Of a DNA stretch of 17,387 nt, positions 1 through 8,908 are shown one piece after another. The DNA is from Pseudomonadota bacterium (lineage in GTDB: Bacteria; Bdellovibrionota; FAC87; UBA2466). Position 1 is the first letter of the stretch, and each line of letters begins with the position of its first letter. The notes beneath the pieces are model-generated. The model searched no databases. It was not told where the DNA came from and was given only the letters and a program-made list of their open reading frames with translations. Where the stretch lies: assembly GCA_043767805.1 (NCBI GenBank), contig JAYUGC010000020.1, positions 1-17,387 of the forward strand, in the 5' to 3' direction. Both the position numbers and the translations under genes were made by a program.

Positions 1-367
1 CGTCCGCATCCATCGTTTTATCGAGGTTGCCCACCACGCCCGCGGCGCCCGGGTGTTGTAAAAGCCAGTCGACACGCCAGCTGAGGCCTTGGGGGGCGAG
101 CCTATCGTCGCTATCCAAGAAGGCGAGGTACTCGCCACGCGCGAGCGCAAGAGCCTGGTTTCTCGCGTAAGCGGGGCCATGGTTGCTCGCGAGCGCCAAC
201 CGAACGATCGGCAGATCTTCCACCGTCCTGAGACAGCCGTCGCTAGAGCCGTCGTCTACGACAATCACTTCGGCCTTGGGGACATCGGCGAGCACGCTCA
301 GTACGGCGTGACGGAGGAAGCGAGCCGAGTTGAAAGCGGGAATTATGACGCTTACCGACGGGCCCAT
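1..367 (-). CDS. Glycosyltransferase family 2 (GT-A fold), N-terminal part; runs off the window start
   Basis: Not in the ORF track; translated by hand from the ATG at 367: MGPSVSVIIPAFNSARFLRHAVLSVL...EVIVVDDGSSDG...NHGPAYARNQALALARGEYLAFLDSDD. These are the classic GT2 motifs (VIIPxFN, VDDGS, ARN, DxDD). No stop codon before position 1. Confidence 0.95.
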   Translation of the reverse strand, partial: MGPSVSVIIPAFNSARFLRHAVLSVLADVPKAEVIVVDDGSSDGCLRTVEDLPIVRLALASNHGPAYARNQALALARGEYLAFLDSDDRLAPQGLSWRVDWLLQHPGAAGVVGNLDKTMDAD

Positions 368-401
368 GTTTAAAAAATTTTAACTCAAAACTTGCCGCTT
401 T

Positions 402-445
402 AAACAAAAGAACGCCCGGTAAAGGAAAGACTTAACCGGGCGTTC
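402..445 (-). terminator. Rho-independent terminator after the OmpA-like gene
   Basis: Perfect 11-bp inverted repeat GAACGCCCGGT (410-420) / ACCGGGCGTTC (435-445), followed on the minus strand by TTTTGTTT. It starts 15 nt after the stop at 461. Confidence 0.85.
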
Positions 446-460
446 CTCTCAAAGGACGAG

Positions 461-970
461 TTATTCGGCGAGCACGGTCACTACCACGGCGCGCTCCCGG
501 GGCTCACCACCGCGATTGACGGTGTGAATGCGATCGGAGCTGATGCCGCGGGCCGCCAAGCTGTTCTTGAAGTTCTGAGCTCGCTTGGCTCCGAGAACTT
601 TATTGTGGGCCACGGTTCCCGAGCTATCGGTGAATCCTTCTACCTTCACCTCACTGTTGGGATTTGCCTTCATCCAGCTCTCCAATCTGACGACCTGAAC
701 CATATCGTCGGCAGTGAGAGCCGCCTCATCGAGCTCGAAGTAGACCGGTTTCACGTTGAAGCGATTGGCGTCACCCACAACCACTACGGGTGTTGCAGGT
801 TTCGTATCGGCATTCAGGCGGCTAACCGGCACCATTCCCAAGAAGGGAACGCCTACGGCGTCTTCATAAGGGGTCTCATCCGGCTGCGTGGCAGCGGTCT
901 TCGTGGTCGTGTTGGCGCATCCCCCCAAAAAGGCGACGAAGAGGGGGAGTACGAGTAATGGCTTAGTCAT
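461..970 (-). CDS. OmpA/Pal-like peptidoglycan-binding lipoprotein
   Basis: Lipobox FLGG-C after a hydrophobic stretch. OmpA_C motifs VYFELDEAAL, VKVEGFTDSSGTVAHNKVLGAKRAQ and GISSDRI. GGAGG RBS upstream. Confidence 0.9.
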   Translation of the reverse strand: MTKPLLVLPLFVAFLGGCANTTTKTAATQPDETPYEDAVGVPFLGMVPVSRLNADTKPATPVVVVGDANRFNVKPVYFELDEAALTADDMVQVVRLESWMKANPNSEVKVEGFTDSSGTVAHNKVLGAKRAQNFKNSLAARGISSDRIHTVNRGGEPRERAVVVTVLAE

Positions 971-1019
971 GTGAGTCCTCCAAAAAATGGGTAAGTACCA
1001 GAGTCTGCATTTTTAAATA

Positions 1020-1035
1020 TGCAAGACTGGGTCCC
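1020..1035 (-). promoter_or_regulatory. Possible sigma54 (-24/-12) promoter for the OmpA-like gene
   Basis: Minus strand reads GGGACCCAGTCTTGCA, i.e. GG-N10-GC with TTGCA, about 50 nt upstream of the start. The -24 half deviates from TGGCAC. Confidence 0.4.
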
Positions 1036-1078
1036 ACTTTCGCGGATGACTCTGCCAGCTCGTCCCGCCTGCCGGGCT

Positions 1079-1570
1079 CTAGCGAGGTGGAGGCGTGATG
1101 CCGGTGAGCGTATCGCCCATTATCACGTAACCGTGCTCGTGGCCCTTTTGGCTGGGATTGATGTGCACCCAGTGAAGAATCGCGCCGTCTGGAGACGCCG
1201 GGTAGTTGCCGTTTTTCTGCGTCGAAGTGATGTAATCGCCGCAAGCTTCCACCGTCATGCCGACCGTGAGGCGAGAAGGCATCGGTCCGAAGTCCGTATT
1301 GTAGATAAGCTCGATCGTATCTTTTTGGTTCTTACCGATATGGACCTGGTAGTGACCGTGACCGGGTTTGCCGGGGTACTGCTTGAGGAGCCGGCCGATG
1401 ATGTGTCCCCGGGACTGAAAGCCGCTTCGGCTTTTGACTTTCCAATCCAAGATTTGCCCGTTGTTGAAATTGAGCGTGGACTTGCCGTCCATGCAAGCAG
1501 GAGCCTGTTCGGCTTGCGCTACTACTACGAAGAACAAAGCTGCGGCCAGAATCTTGCTCATCGAACCCAC
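1079..1570 (-). CDS. Secreted DUF3465-like (OB-fold-like) protein
   Basis: Signal peptide (KILAAALFFVVVAQA). Motifs VGMTVEACGDYI and GAILHWVHINPSQKGHEHGYV resemble DUF3465 as I recall it (G..IHWTH..P...H..G). Start is GTG at 1570 or ATG at 1561. Confidence 0.7.
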   Translation of the reverse strand: MGSMSKILAAALFFVVVAQAEQAPACMDGKSTLNFNNGQILDWKVKSRSGFQSRGHIIGRLLKQYPGKPGHGHYQVHIGKNQKDTIELIYNTDFGPMPSRLTVGMTVEACGDYITSTQKNGNYPASPDGAILHWVHINPSQKGHEHGYVIMGDTLTGITPPPR

Positions 1571-1700
1571 GTGTAACCTCGATTGTTGTTTAATAACGGA
1601 GCTAACCCCAATTTGCTCCAGCCAGAGAAAAATAACCGGGCTCGAATCAGATTCAAGTAAAAATACGGTTTAGTGATTTCGTGCTATTAAATGCCGCATC

Positions 1701-2402
1701 ATGTGGCTCTTTCCGAAAAAACTTGTCAGCGGCACTTTAATCCATCGCTACAAACGTTTTCTTGCCGACGTGAAGCTTACCGACGGAACCGTCGTCACGG
1801 CGCATTGTGCGAACACCGGTAGCATGAAGAGCTGCTGGAAGGCCGGGGACAAAGTTTTTCTCACGCACGATCCAAAGCCCGGAAAAAAATTGGCTTACTC
1901 CTGGGAGCTGTCCGAAACGACGGGTGGTTTCATCGGCATCAATACGGTACGGCCCAATCAGATCGTCGAAAGCGCGTTACTCGCGGGGGCGGTCGCCGAG
2001 CTAAAAGGTTTCAAGACGCTCAAGCGCGAAGTGAAGTACGGCAGTGAGAACTCGCGCATCGATCTCCTGGTAGAGTTCGAGGATTGCCTTGCCTACGTCG
2101 AAGTGAAGAACACGACTCTCGTCGAGGGAGACCGCCTGCTTTTCCCCGATTCCGTGACCGAGCGCGGGCGAAAGCATTTGCGGGAGCTGATGGAAGTGGT
2201 CAAAGCCGGCCATCGCGGCGTGATCTTCTTCTTCGTCAATCGCCCGGAAGGCGTTTCGTTCTCTCCGGCGGACGAGATCGATCCCGCGTACGGCGAAACT
2301 TTGAGGCAAGCGAAGGCCGCGGGCGTGGAGTTACTCGCCTACCGTGCGCAGACCACGCCCGAAGGCGTCTCGGGCCTGAGCCCCGTTCCTATCGAGCTTT
2401 GA
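1701..2402 (+). CDS. sfsA: DNA/RNA nuclease SfsA (sugar fermentation stimulation protein A)
   Basis: Motifs RYKRFLADV, AHCANTGSM, SRIDLL...YVEVKN (PD-(D/E)xK-type) and FPDSVTERGRKHLREL; 233 aa. Confidence 0.97.
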   Translation: MWLFPKKLVSGTLIHRYKRFLADVKLTDGTVVTAHCANTGSMKSCWKAGDKVFLTHDPKPGKKLAYSWELSETTGGFIGINTVRPNQIVESALLAGAVAELKGFKTLKREVKYGSENSRIDLLVEFEDCLAYVEVKNTTLVEGDRLLFPDSVTERGRKHLRELMEVVKAGHRGVIFFFVNRPEGVSFSPADEIDPAYGETLRQAKAAGVELLAYRAQTTPEGVSGLSPVPIEL

Positions 2403-2405
2403 GCC

Positions 2406-2888
2406 TTATTTGTCCGCGTGCAAATGCGCTTCGAGCATCCACAGATACTTATCGGACTCGCGCGAGATCTCGGTGAAGAGATCGGCCGTGTCGGCATCGC
2501 CGAGCTTCGTGGCCTCGTCGATGGAAAGACGGACGTTCTTGCCGAACGCCGCCGCCGTTTTGGAAAGCGCTTCCACGAACTGCAAGCCGTTTTTGATTTC
2601 CGTCGGAAAATCCGGAAGCTTCGACTTCGAGGCCACGGTTTCCACCGTGCCCATGGCCGTGCCGCCCAGTTCCACCGCGCGCTCGGCTAAATCATCGACC
2701 GCGTCTTCCAAGGCTTCCGAGATTTTGTCGAAGAGCAGATGCAGGGAATAAAACGAAGGGCCCTTCACGTTCCAATGCGCTTGCTTGGACTGGGTCTGAA
2801 AATCGATGGCTTCGGCGAGCCGCATATTGAGCAACTCGACGAGCTTGGTGCGAGCGTCTTGGGGCAAATCATTTTTAGTGGGATTCAT
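2406..2888 (-). CDS. dps: DNA starvation/stationary phase protection protein Dps
   Basis: KQAHWNVKGPSFYSLHLLFD, DDLAERAVELGG and DKYLWMLEAH carry the Dps ferroxidase signature. GAGG RBS. Confidence 0.97.
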   Translation of the reverse strand: MNPTKNDLPQDARTKLVELLNMRLAEAIDFQTQSKQAHWNVKGPSFYSLHLLFDKISEALEDAVDDLAERAVELGGTAMGTVETVASKSKLPDFPTEIKNGLQFVEALSKTAAAFGKNVRLSIDEATKLGDADTADLFTEISRESDKYLWMLEAHLHADK

Positions 2889-3040
2889 AGGTACCTCTTA
2901 TTAGTGTTTGAAGACTTCCAGGAAAAAATTGTGCATGGCGAGCCACGAGTGAAAGACAAAAAGAGGATCTTCATGGCGGAAATCTAACCAATTTCGGGCT
3001 GGTTGTCTCCGTCGTGCCGCTCAAGTAGAAGTAATCTCTG

Positions 3041-4162
3041 ATGACCGCTGAGCTCCCCGACATTCAAACCCTGGCCGAACTAGGCTGGGACTCTCATTTC
3101 GAGAGTCTCGCCGCGGCGGAAACCGAAACGGAAGGGTTATTGCCCTTCCGAGTCATCGGCGAGGAGCGCGGCATGTGGCGGGTCCAAGGACTCGGCACCG
3201 GCGTCGTCTGGGGGGAGATTTCCGGGAAATGGCGTAAAGACGCCGATACCCGCATCGAGTTTCCCGCGGTGGGCGACTGGGTTCTCGCCGAGCCCATCCG
3301 CTCGGACGGCCGCACCCTCATTCGCAAGGTACTTCCCCGCAAAAGCTGCCTCATTCGTAAGGCGGCGGGTACGGGCGAAGAGCCTCAGGTGCTCGCGACC
3401 AACGTCGACATCGCTTTTCTGGTGACCTCATTGAACGCGGACTTGAACGCCCGCCGCATCGAGCGTTACGTGGCGCTCGTTTTGGACGGCGGCGCGCAGC
3501 CGGTCATCTTGCTCACCAAGTCCGACCTGGTGAAAGAGACGGAGCCTCTCTTAAACGAGATTAAGCGCGCCGCGCCTGGCGTGGACATCGTCGTCTTGAG
3601 CGCGAAGACCGGCGTGAATCTGGAAGCGATCCGCGCTTATCTTTTGCCCGGCAAGACCATCGTTCTTCTCGGCTCCTCCGGCGTCGGTAAATCGACCATC
3701 ATCAACAAGCTTTTGGGCCGCGAAAAAATCCGCACGCAGGAAACGCGCGAGTCCGACGATCGGGGCAAGCACACCACCACCACGCGCACGCTGCTTCGGA
3801 TGCCGGGAGGGGGGCTCATCATCGATACGCCCGGCATGCGCGAGCTTCATCTTTGGGATCCCGAGGAAGGGTTGCAGGCCTTGTTCTCGGAAGTGGAGAC
3901 CATCGCCGCCGGTTGCCGTTTCAGCAACTGCCAGCATCGGACCGAGCCCGCGTGCGCCGTTGCCGCCGCCGTCAAAGGCGGAACGCTGACGAGAGATCGT
4001 CTGGAGAGTTTCTTCAAATTGCAGAAGGAATCGTCCGCCGACCGAAAGAAGACCGATAAAGCGGCCGCCGCCGAGGACAAGCGTAAATCTCGTTCGGCCG
4101 CCATGAGTCTCCGCCGCCATTTGAAAGCCAAACGCGGCGGAGCCCCCGGCCAGGACGATTGA
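3041..4162 (+). CDS. rsgA: Ribosome small subunit-dependent GTPase A (circularly permuted GTPase)
   Basis: OB domain (PAVGDWV), G4 TKSD, G1 GSSGVGKST, G2 GKHTTT, G3 DTPG and Zn-finger CRFSNCQHRTEPAC. Confidence 0.96.
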   Translation: MTAELPDIQTLAELGWDSHFESLAAAETETEGLLPFRVIGEERGMWRVQGLGTGVVWGEISGKWRKDADTRIEFPAVGDWVLAEPIRSDGRTLIRKVLPRKSCLIRKAAGTGEEPQVLATNVDIAFLVTSLNADLNARRIERYVALVLDGGAQPVILLTKSDLVKETEPLLNEIKRAAPGVDIVVLSAKTGVNLEAIRAYLLPGKTIVLLGSSGVGKSTIINKLLGREKIRTQETRESDDRGKHTTTTRTLLRMPGGGLIIDTPGMRELHLWDPEEGLQALFSEVETIAAGCRFSNCQHRTEPACAVAAAVKGGTLTRDRLESFFKLQKESSADRKKTDKAAAAEDKRKSRSAAMSLRRHLKAKRGGAPGQDD

Positions 4163-4969
4163 TTATCGGTAGAGCGCTTCCACCGCCGCGATGTCGAGCG
4201 GGCTCAAAGACAGGCGCTGACTGAAATCCGTCGAGCCGTCCTTGCGCGTGATGGTGGGCAAGCCGTTCTTTGAGAACGCGTACGCATCGTAATGCATGAT
4301 GGAGCCGAAATCGTAGGCTCCGAGATCGCGTCCGAGAATCCAATGCTTGCTGAATTGTGGAATCGCCAGGAGCTGGATGTTCTCCCAGTGAATCGTAATG
4401 AACTTGTCCCGGTCGCCGCGGCTTTGCTCGTGCCAGAGGCCGACCGCATGGCCGATCTCGTGAATGGCCGCGCCGGACCCGCACTTGGGGCTCAAACGAA
4501 TTTGCTGGGGGAAACCGGTCTTTCCGATGAGGGACGAGCAACCGCTCTTCACGTTCGTGAAGGCCACGTGCCCGAACTGATTCGTGCGTTTTACGAAGCG
4601 GATGGACGTCTTCGCTTCCCAGTGCGTGATGGCGTCCGTGACCCGTTCGGGGTGCGGCATCGAGGAATCGATGGTGTAGGGCACGACCTTATTCGGCCAC
4701 TGGTTCCAGGGAATGCGGCTTACGATGGCGCCATGGCCTTCTTCTTCCGTGGAAGGACCCGCGGCGAGTTTCGCCTGGGCTTCTTCGACGGTACCCAGCA
4801 CGATGTCGCCCTCAAAAACGGCGAGGCCATCTTCGGCGACGTAAGGAACTAGCTGTTCCGTGCCGTCCTGCGCACGCACGTAAGTTTCGCCAGATATGAG
4901 CTCGGGTTGCTTCGCGCAGCCCAAGGCTAGGCCCAAAATAAAGAGACCGACGAGTTGTAAGCGTTTCAT
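4163..4969 (-). CDS. Astacin-family (M12A) zinc metalloprotease, probable lipoprotein
   Basis: Zinc motif HEIGHAVGLWHEQSRGDRD, Met-turn SIMHY and propeptide FEGDI. Start placed at ATG 4969 (MKRLQLVGLFILGLALG-C lipobox, GGAGG RBS) rather than 5002. Confidence 0.95.
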   Translation of the reverse strand: MKRLQLVGLFILGLALGCAKQPELISGETYVRAQDGTEQLVPYVAEDGLAVFEGDIVLGTVEEAQAKLAAGPSTEEEGHGAIVSRIPWNQWPNKVVPYTIDSSMPHPERVTDAITHWEAKTSIRFVKRTNQFGHVAFTNVKSGCSSLIGKTGFPQQIRLSPKCGSGAAIHEIGHAVGLWHEQSRGDRDKFITIHWENIQLLAIPQFSKHWILGRDLGAYDFGSIMHYDAYAFSKNGLPTITRKDGSTDFSQRLSLSPLDIAAVEALYR

Positions 4970-5119
4970 TCTTTTCCTCCAAAACCTGTGCAGCGACGTC
5001 ACCCGATTTGGTGCGGGACGTCAATCACTAGCGGACTCATGGCGTGATCAGATGTTTTGACTCCACCTATTTTTCGGAGTTTTGATGGGGGTTGGCAGTA
5101 GTGGGACTTGGAGGGTCGT

Positions 5120-5530
5120 ATGAATCGTTTCTTCGCAGGGGTTCTTTTCTTAGCGGTGTCTCTCGTCGCGCGGGCTAACCCGCTCACGGGAGTTTCCTCT
5201 CTGGTAAGCGGCTATCTAGTGGAAGATCAGGTGAATTACCGCGTTTCCTTTCCGCAGACGGGCAAAGTCGGTCTGCAAAAGGACGCCAATACCTGCTCCG
5301 TGGACACCTACGGACGGGCCAGCGGTTGTACCCGCATGCTCTTTCCCGTGGACGAGTACGACGCGAAAGAGCTCACCTCGGCTGACGGCCTCACGCTCTA
5401 CGAGCTTTCCTCGGAGTTTCGTTTAGTGCTTCAGAAACTCGGCATGGGCGGAAGTTCCGCTTACCTCTTGAAAGTCGATCCCAAGGGCGAAGTGCTCAAG
5501 CGCATCCCGCTCTTTAACGACGTTCACTAG
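5120..5530 (+). CDS. Small secreted hypothetical protein with two cysteines
   Basis: ATG at 5120 preceded by GGAGGG. Signal peptide MNRFFAGVLFLAVSLVARA. Contains CSVDTYGRASGCTRM. Confidence 0.8.
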   Translation: MNRFFAGVLFLAVSLVARANPLTGVSSLVSGYLVEDQVNYRVSFPQTGKVGLQKDANTCSVDTYGRASGCTRMLFPVDEYDAKELTSADGLTLYELSSEFRLVLQKLGMGGSSAYLLKVDPKGEVLKRIPLFNDVH

Positions 5531-6435
5531 GAGGGCGACGAGACCCAAGGCGGCTCGGAAGCGAAGCTGTGCGTTTTTCCGTCTAGTCCCGTCCATCGGA
5601 CGTGAGAGGAGAAAAGACCGATCGCTTTGCCCGCGCTTCCCATGGGGGCGTAGCGGATCTGCGAGCCGTAAGGTCTATCGCCGAGAATCGGGCTACCCAA
5701 AGCCGCCAGCTGCGCGCGGATTTGGTGAGTGCGGCCGGTGTGAAGCTCGACCTCGACGTCGTAGAGAGTCCGGCCTTCGGGCCCCGGGATCTCTCCTTTA
5801 TTCGTCGTGGAAAGCTCGCACTTGAGCCAGCCTTCTTGCGGAGCCGTGCCGACGGTTTTTGGCGTGCGATCGGAAGGCGCCATGTAATGGACGTGACGGC
5901 CTTCGGGTGGCTTCACTTCGACGAGCGCGCGGTAGAGCTTGTGCACCTTGCGCTCCTCCAGCCACCGGTTGAAATCGCGCTGAAAGGCTTCCGTCTTCGC
6001 AAACACCATGAGTCCGCCCACGGGCAAGTCGAGCCGTTGGGTTACCAAGAGGTGCTGGTTCGTCAGGTAACGGAGCTGGGACAAAACGTTGTCGATGAGG
6101 TTATCGAGCGTCGCGTGCGCCGGGATGCCGGGAGGTTTGCGAGCGACCAGGTAGGTGGGCTCGTCGGCAACGATGGCCTCGTTCCAATCGACCGCCGAAA
6201 CGGGAAAGCGCTTCGGATCGAGATACACCGTGAAATGCTCGCCCGGGGTGAGGGCGGTGTCTTCGAGGATCCGCCGGCCCTTACGGTAGATGGCGCCCAG
6301 ATCGATGAGCTCCTGGGCTCTTCTAGGAGAGCAGCGAAAGTGCTGCTGAAGGCCTAAGGTTAGGCGCGTTTCGCCCTTTTTAGGCACGAAATGGCCGATC
6401 CGACCCCGAGTACTTTGTTGGACGCGCTGAGACAT
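5527..6435 (-). CDS. RluA-family RNA pseudouridine synthase with S4-like N-terminus
   Basis: Motifs VARKPPG, QRLD (catalytic Asp), KLYRALV and TGRTHQIRAQLAALGSPILGDRPYG. Confidence 0.95.
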   Translation of the reverse strand: MSQRVQQSTRGRIGHFVPKKGETRLTLGLQQHFRCSPRRAQELIDLGAIYRKGRRILEDTALTPGEHFTVYLDPKRFPVSAVDWNEAIVADEPTYLVARKPPGIPAHATLDNLIDNVLSQLRYLTNQHLLVTQRLDLPVGGLMVFAKTEAFQRDFNRWLEERKVHKLYRALVEVKPPEGRHVHYMAPSDRTPKTVGTAPQEGWLKCELSTTNKGEIPGPEGRTLYDVEVELHTGRTHQIRAQLAALGSPILGDRPYGSQIRYAPMGSAGKAIGLFSSHVRWTGLDGKTHSFASEPPWVSSPS

Positions 6436-6607
6436 GCCCTCTTTTAGCGGGTTGGCGGTTCCGATACAAGCCCCTGAAAACAGCCACTGAAACCGGTTCC
6501 GGAGGAGGTCCCGTGGACGAATGTTAAGGCGGTGGTCCCCCCGCGTTGCCTCACGCGGTAAAGGCGGCTAGATCCGATGAAGGTTCTTGTTTTTTGGGGG
6601 ATAAAAC

Positions 6608-8908
6608 GTGAAATCCATCTTTTTAGCGCTCTTGCTGGTGTCTTTTTCCGCCTTCGCGGCTCCGAAATCGGTCCGCTGGACGGGGGCCGAGGATACCAAT
6701 CCCGACCTGATGCACGTCTTGAGCGTGATTAAGGCTAAAACGGGCATCGACCTCGGGTTCGCCGATTTCATGCCTCTCGAAGATCGCAACCTCGCGACCA
6801 GCCATTTCACGACCCTGATTCAGGTTTCCAACGGCATTCCGATCAAGGGCCAGTCGATCCGCATCTGGACGTCGCTCACCACCGGCGAATCGATTCAGGT
6901 AGAGGCGCGCATCGATGCCGCCCCCGCGACGAACTTCCTGCTCTGGTCGAAACTGTCTAGCGAAGCCACGATGGCGGCGGTACGCAGAGTCGTTCTCGCG
7001 CATGCCGACGACGCTCACCTCCGCCAAGTGGATTGGCAGGATCAAGTGGACGGCGAATCTTACGTCCGTCTTGTAAAAGTAAAAGCGAAGCACGGCACGT
7101 TCACCATCAAGCTCGCTAACTCCACTGGACAAGTTCTCGATTCTCAGTACCGCGAGTTTCCGCAAGCCGATGAGACGAGCCTCCCGGTCCGCATTTATCC
7201 GATTTACGAAGAGCCCGAGGGCAGCGAAGGCGGCGTCAAGATTTTGGAGCGCATCGATTCCGAGTTGCGCTATCTGAACACGAAGGTGCGCCGCCCGGTA
7301 GACGATCCGTATGCATCTCTTCGCTCGGCGAAGTACGTGAGCGACATGTACGATCCGCTCCTGGGTCTCACCACCGCGGGCCGGAAATCGGGTTACTGGT
7401 CTCCCGTTTTCCTGAAGAACTTGGCGGCGCAGCTCCTCTCACAGGTGCCGCTCTCCGATAATAATTTTGCGAATGGCGTTTTTCTCGAAGGCCGCTATGC
7501 GACGGTCAGTCTCTATCCGGACGCGCCTGACAGATTCAAGCCGCTGGCGTTCACGCCGACGTCTTCGGGGCACTATCTCCCGTTTTGGAAGCCGGTTGCC
7601 GGAACCAACCAGGAAGAGATGATTCCGACTGCGGCGCTTCGCGGCCGTCCCATCACCTCTCTCGACGACGCTTTGATGCGTCCGGCGCGTCGCTTGAAAG
7701 ATAACGATCCGGTCACCTACATCAACGACGGCTTCGACGAGATTCAGGTGTACTGGTCCATCACGCAGATGTTCGAAACGCTGCGCGCGAACGGATTCAC
7801 GGACCCCGAGCTCTCGACCCGTCCGTTCCATGCGTTCCTCTTCGATCCGGATATCTCGTACCGCGACAACGCGTTTTACACGGACGACACCATCAACTTC
7901 ACGACGTACTCGCCTATGTCTCAGAACATGGCGCGCGATAACTCCACCATATGGCACGAGCTCGGTCACGGCGTCATGGACCGCCTCATGGGCGATCACG
8001 TGACTCTCGCCGATACGGGCGGATTGTCGGAAGGTATGGCGGACTTCGTCGCTCAGCTCGTCTTGAACGACGTCTCGGGCGGTTCTCCTTACGAAGGTAA
8101 AGAGAACCTTCGCATCTTCAACAGCATGGGTTTCGGTTTGACGAATGAAGTGCATGACGATGGCGAATCCTACGGCGGCGCCATGAACGACCTGCTTCGT
8201 GCGGCGATGGCCCGTCACGGCCGTTTGGGGTTAGTTAAGGTCACCGACCTTACTCTCGAAGCCATGCGCCTTACCCGCAACCATCCCGCGCTTACCGCGA
8301 GCGATTGGTTCGAGCACATGATCTTCGCCGACGAATTGGGCCGTCCGGGCGTGCGCGCGAGCGGCGAGATGCGGGGACTCATCCTGCAATCGTTGAACGG
8401 CCGCAACTTCGTCTTCGGAGACGCGGTCCCCGCGACCTTCACTTTGAAGAACGGCGCGAACGAGGTGACCTCGACGGGTCCCGGCTCGCGTAACAACCCG
8501 ATTCAGCTGAAACTCGATCCGGCGGAAAAAGCCGACTACGCGCTGACGGTAAACTTGAAGAGCAGCCCCGCCTATCACTTCAAGTACCCGGTCACGGTGC
8601 AGGTGGAGCTTAAAAAAGGCCCCCTTCAGGGCGCGATTCACTGGACGGAAGAGGACAAGAACCCGCTTTCGTTCACGCTGAACACCGAAGCGGACACGGT
8701 CGCCATTCCGTTGTCGGCCGTCGGCAAGTGCGATGAGATTAACCGCCCCGACGGCAGTTGCGTCGACTTCGCGTACGTGAAGATCTTCAACAGCGGCACG
8801 AAGGCCGCGCCTCAAGCGAAGAAGCGCTTCTACTTGCGCATCTATCCGAAGCCGGCGCCCGCCCCGGCGGCGGCTCCTACGCCCGCGCCCGTGCCGACGC
8901 GTCGTTAG
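6608..8908 (+). CDS. Secreted gluzincin metallopeptidase (M36 fungalysin / M4-like)
   Basis: GTG start with signal peptide. DNAFY, HELGH (7955-7969), GGLSEGMADF (third Zn ligand) and EVHDDGE match the M36/M4 pattern. Long N-terminal prodomain-like region and a Pro/Ala-rich tail. Confidence 0.85.
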   Translation: MKSIFLALLLVSFSAFAAPKSVRWTGAEDTNPDLMHVLSVIKAKTGIDLGFADFMPLEDRNLATSHFTTLIQVSNGIPIKGQSIRIWTSLTTGESIQVEARIDAAPATNFLLWSKLSSEATMAAVRRVVLAHADDAHLRQVDWQDQVDGESYVRLVKVKAKHGTFTIKLANSTGQVLDSQYREFPQADETSLPVRIYPIYEEPEGSEGGVKILERIDSELRYLNTKVRRPVDDPYASLRSAKYVSDMYDPLLGLTTAGRKSGYWSPVFLKNLAAQLLSQVPLSDNNFANGVFLEGRYATVSLYPDAPDRFKPLAFTPTSSGHYLPFWKPVAGTNQEEMIPTAALRGRPITSLDDALMRPARRLKDNDPVTYINDGFDEIQVYWSITQMFETLRANGFTDPELSTRPFHAFLFDPDISYRDNAFYTDDTINFTTYSPMSQNMARDNSTIWHELGHGVMDRLMGDHVTLADTGGLSEGMADFVAQLVLNDVSGGSPYEGKENLRIFNSMGFGLTNEVHDDGESYGGAMNDLLRAAMARHGRLGLVKVTDLTLEAMRLTRNHPALTASDWFEHMIFADELGRPGVRASGEMRGLILQSLNGRNFVFGDAVPATFTLKNGANEVTSTGPGSRNNPIQLKLDPAEKADYALTVNLKSSPAYHFKYPVTVQVELKKGPLQGAIHWTEEDKNPLSFTLNTEADTVAIPLSAVGKCDEINRPDGSCVDFAYVKIFNSGTKAAPQAKKRFYLRIYPKPAPAPAAAPTPAPVPTRR

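Noticed and set aside
89..373. 94-aa plus-strand ORF
   Set aside because: It is the antisense shadow of the minus-strand GT2 gene, which has clear motifs.
2932..2945. TGGCTCGCCATGCA (minus) upstream of dps as a sigma54 promoter
   Set aside because: GG-to-GC spacing is 8 nt.
4989..5004. GGGTGACGTCGCTGCA (minus) upstream of the astacin gene as a sigma54 promoter
   Set aside because: The spacing is right, but both half-sites are poor matches and it lies very close to the RBS; too weak to call.
6010..6039. RluA motif II reads QRLDLPVGG rather than HRLDxxTSG, suggesting possible inactivation
   Set aside because: The catalytic RLD and the downstream motifs are intact, so this is within plausible family variation.
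6533..6549. TGGTCCCCCCGCGTTGC upstream of the M36-like gene as a sigma54 promoter
   Set aside because: GG-to-GC spacing is 12 nt, not the strict 10.
8852..8905. GC-rich repetitive DNA at the end of the M36-like gene
   Set aside because: It is explained by the low-complexity Pro/Ala coding tail and is not a repeat element.
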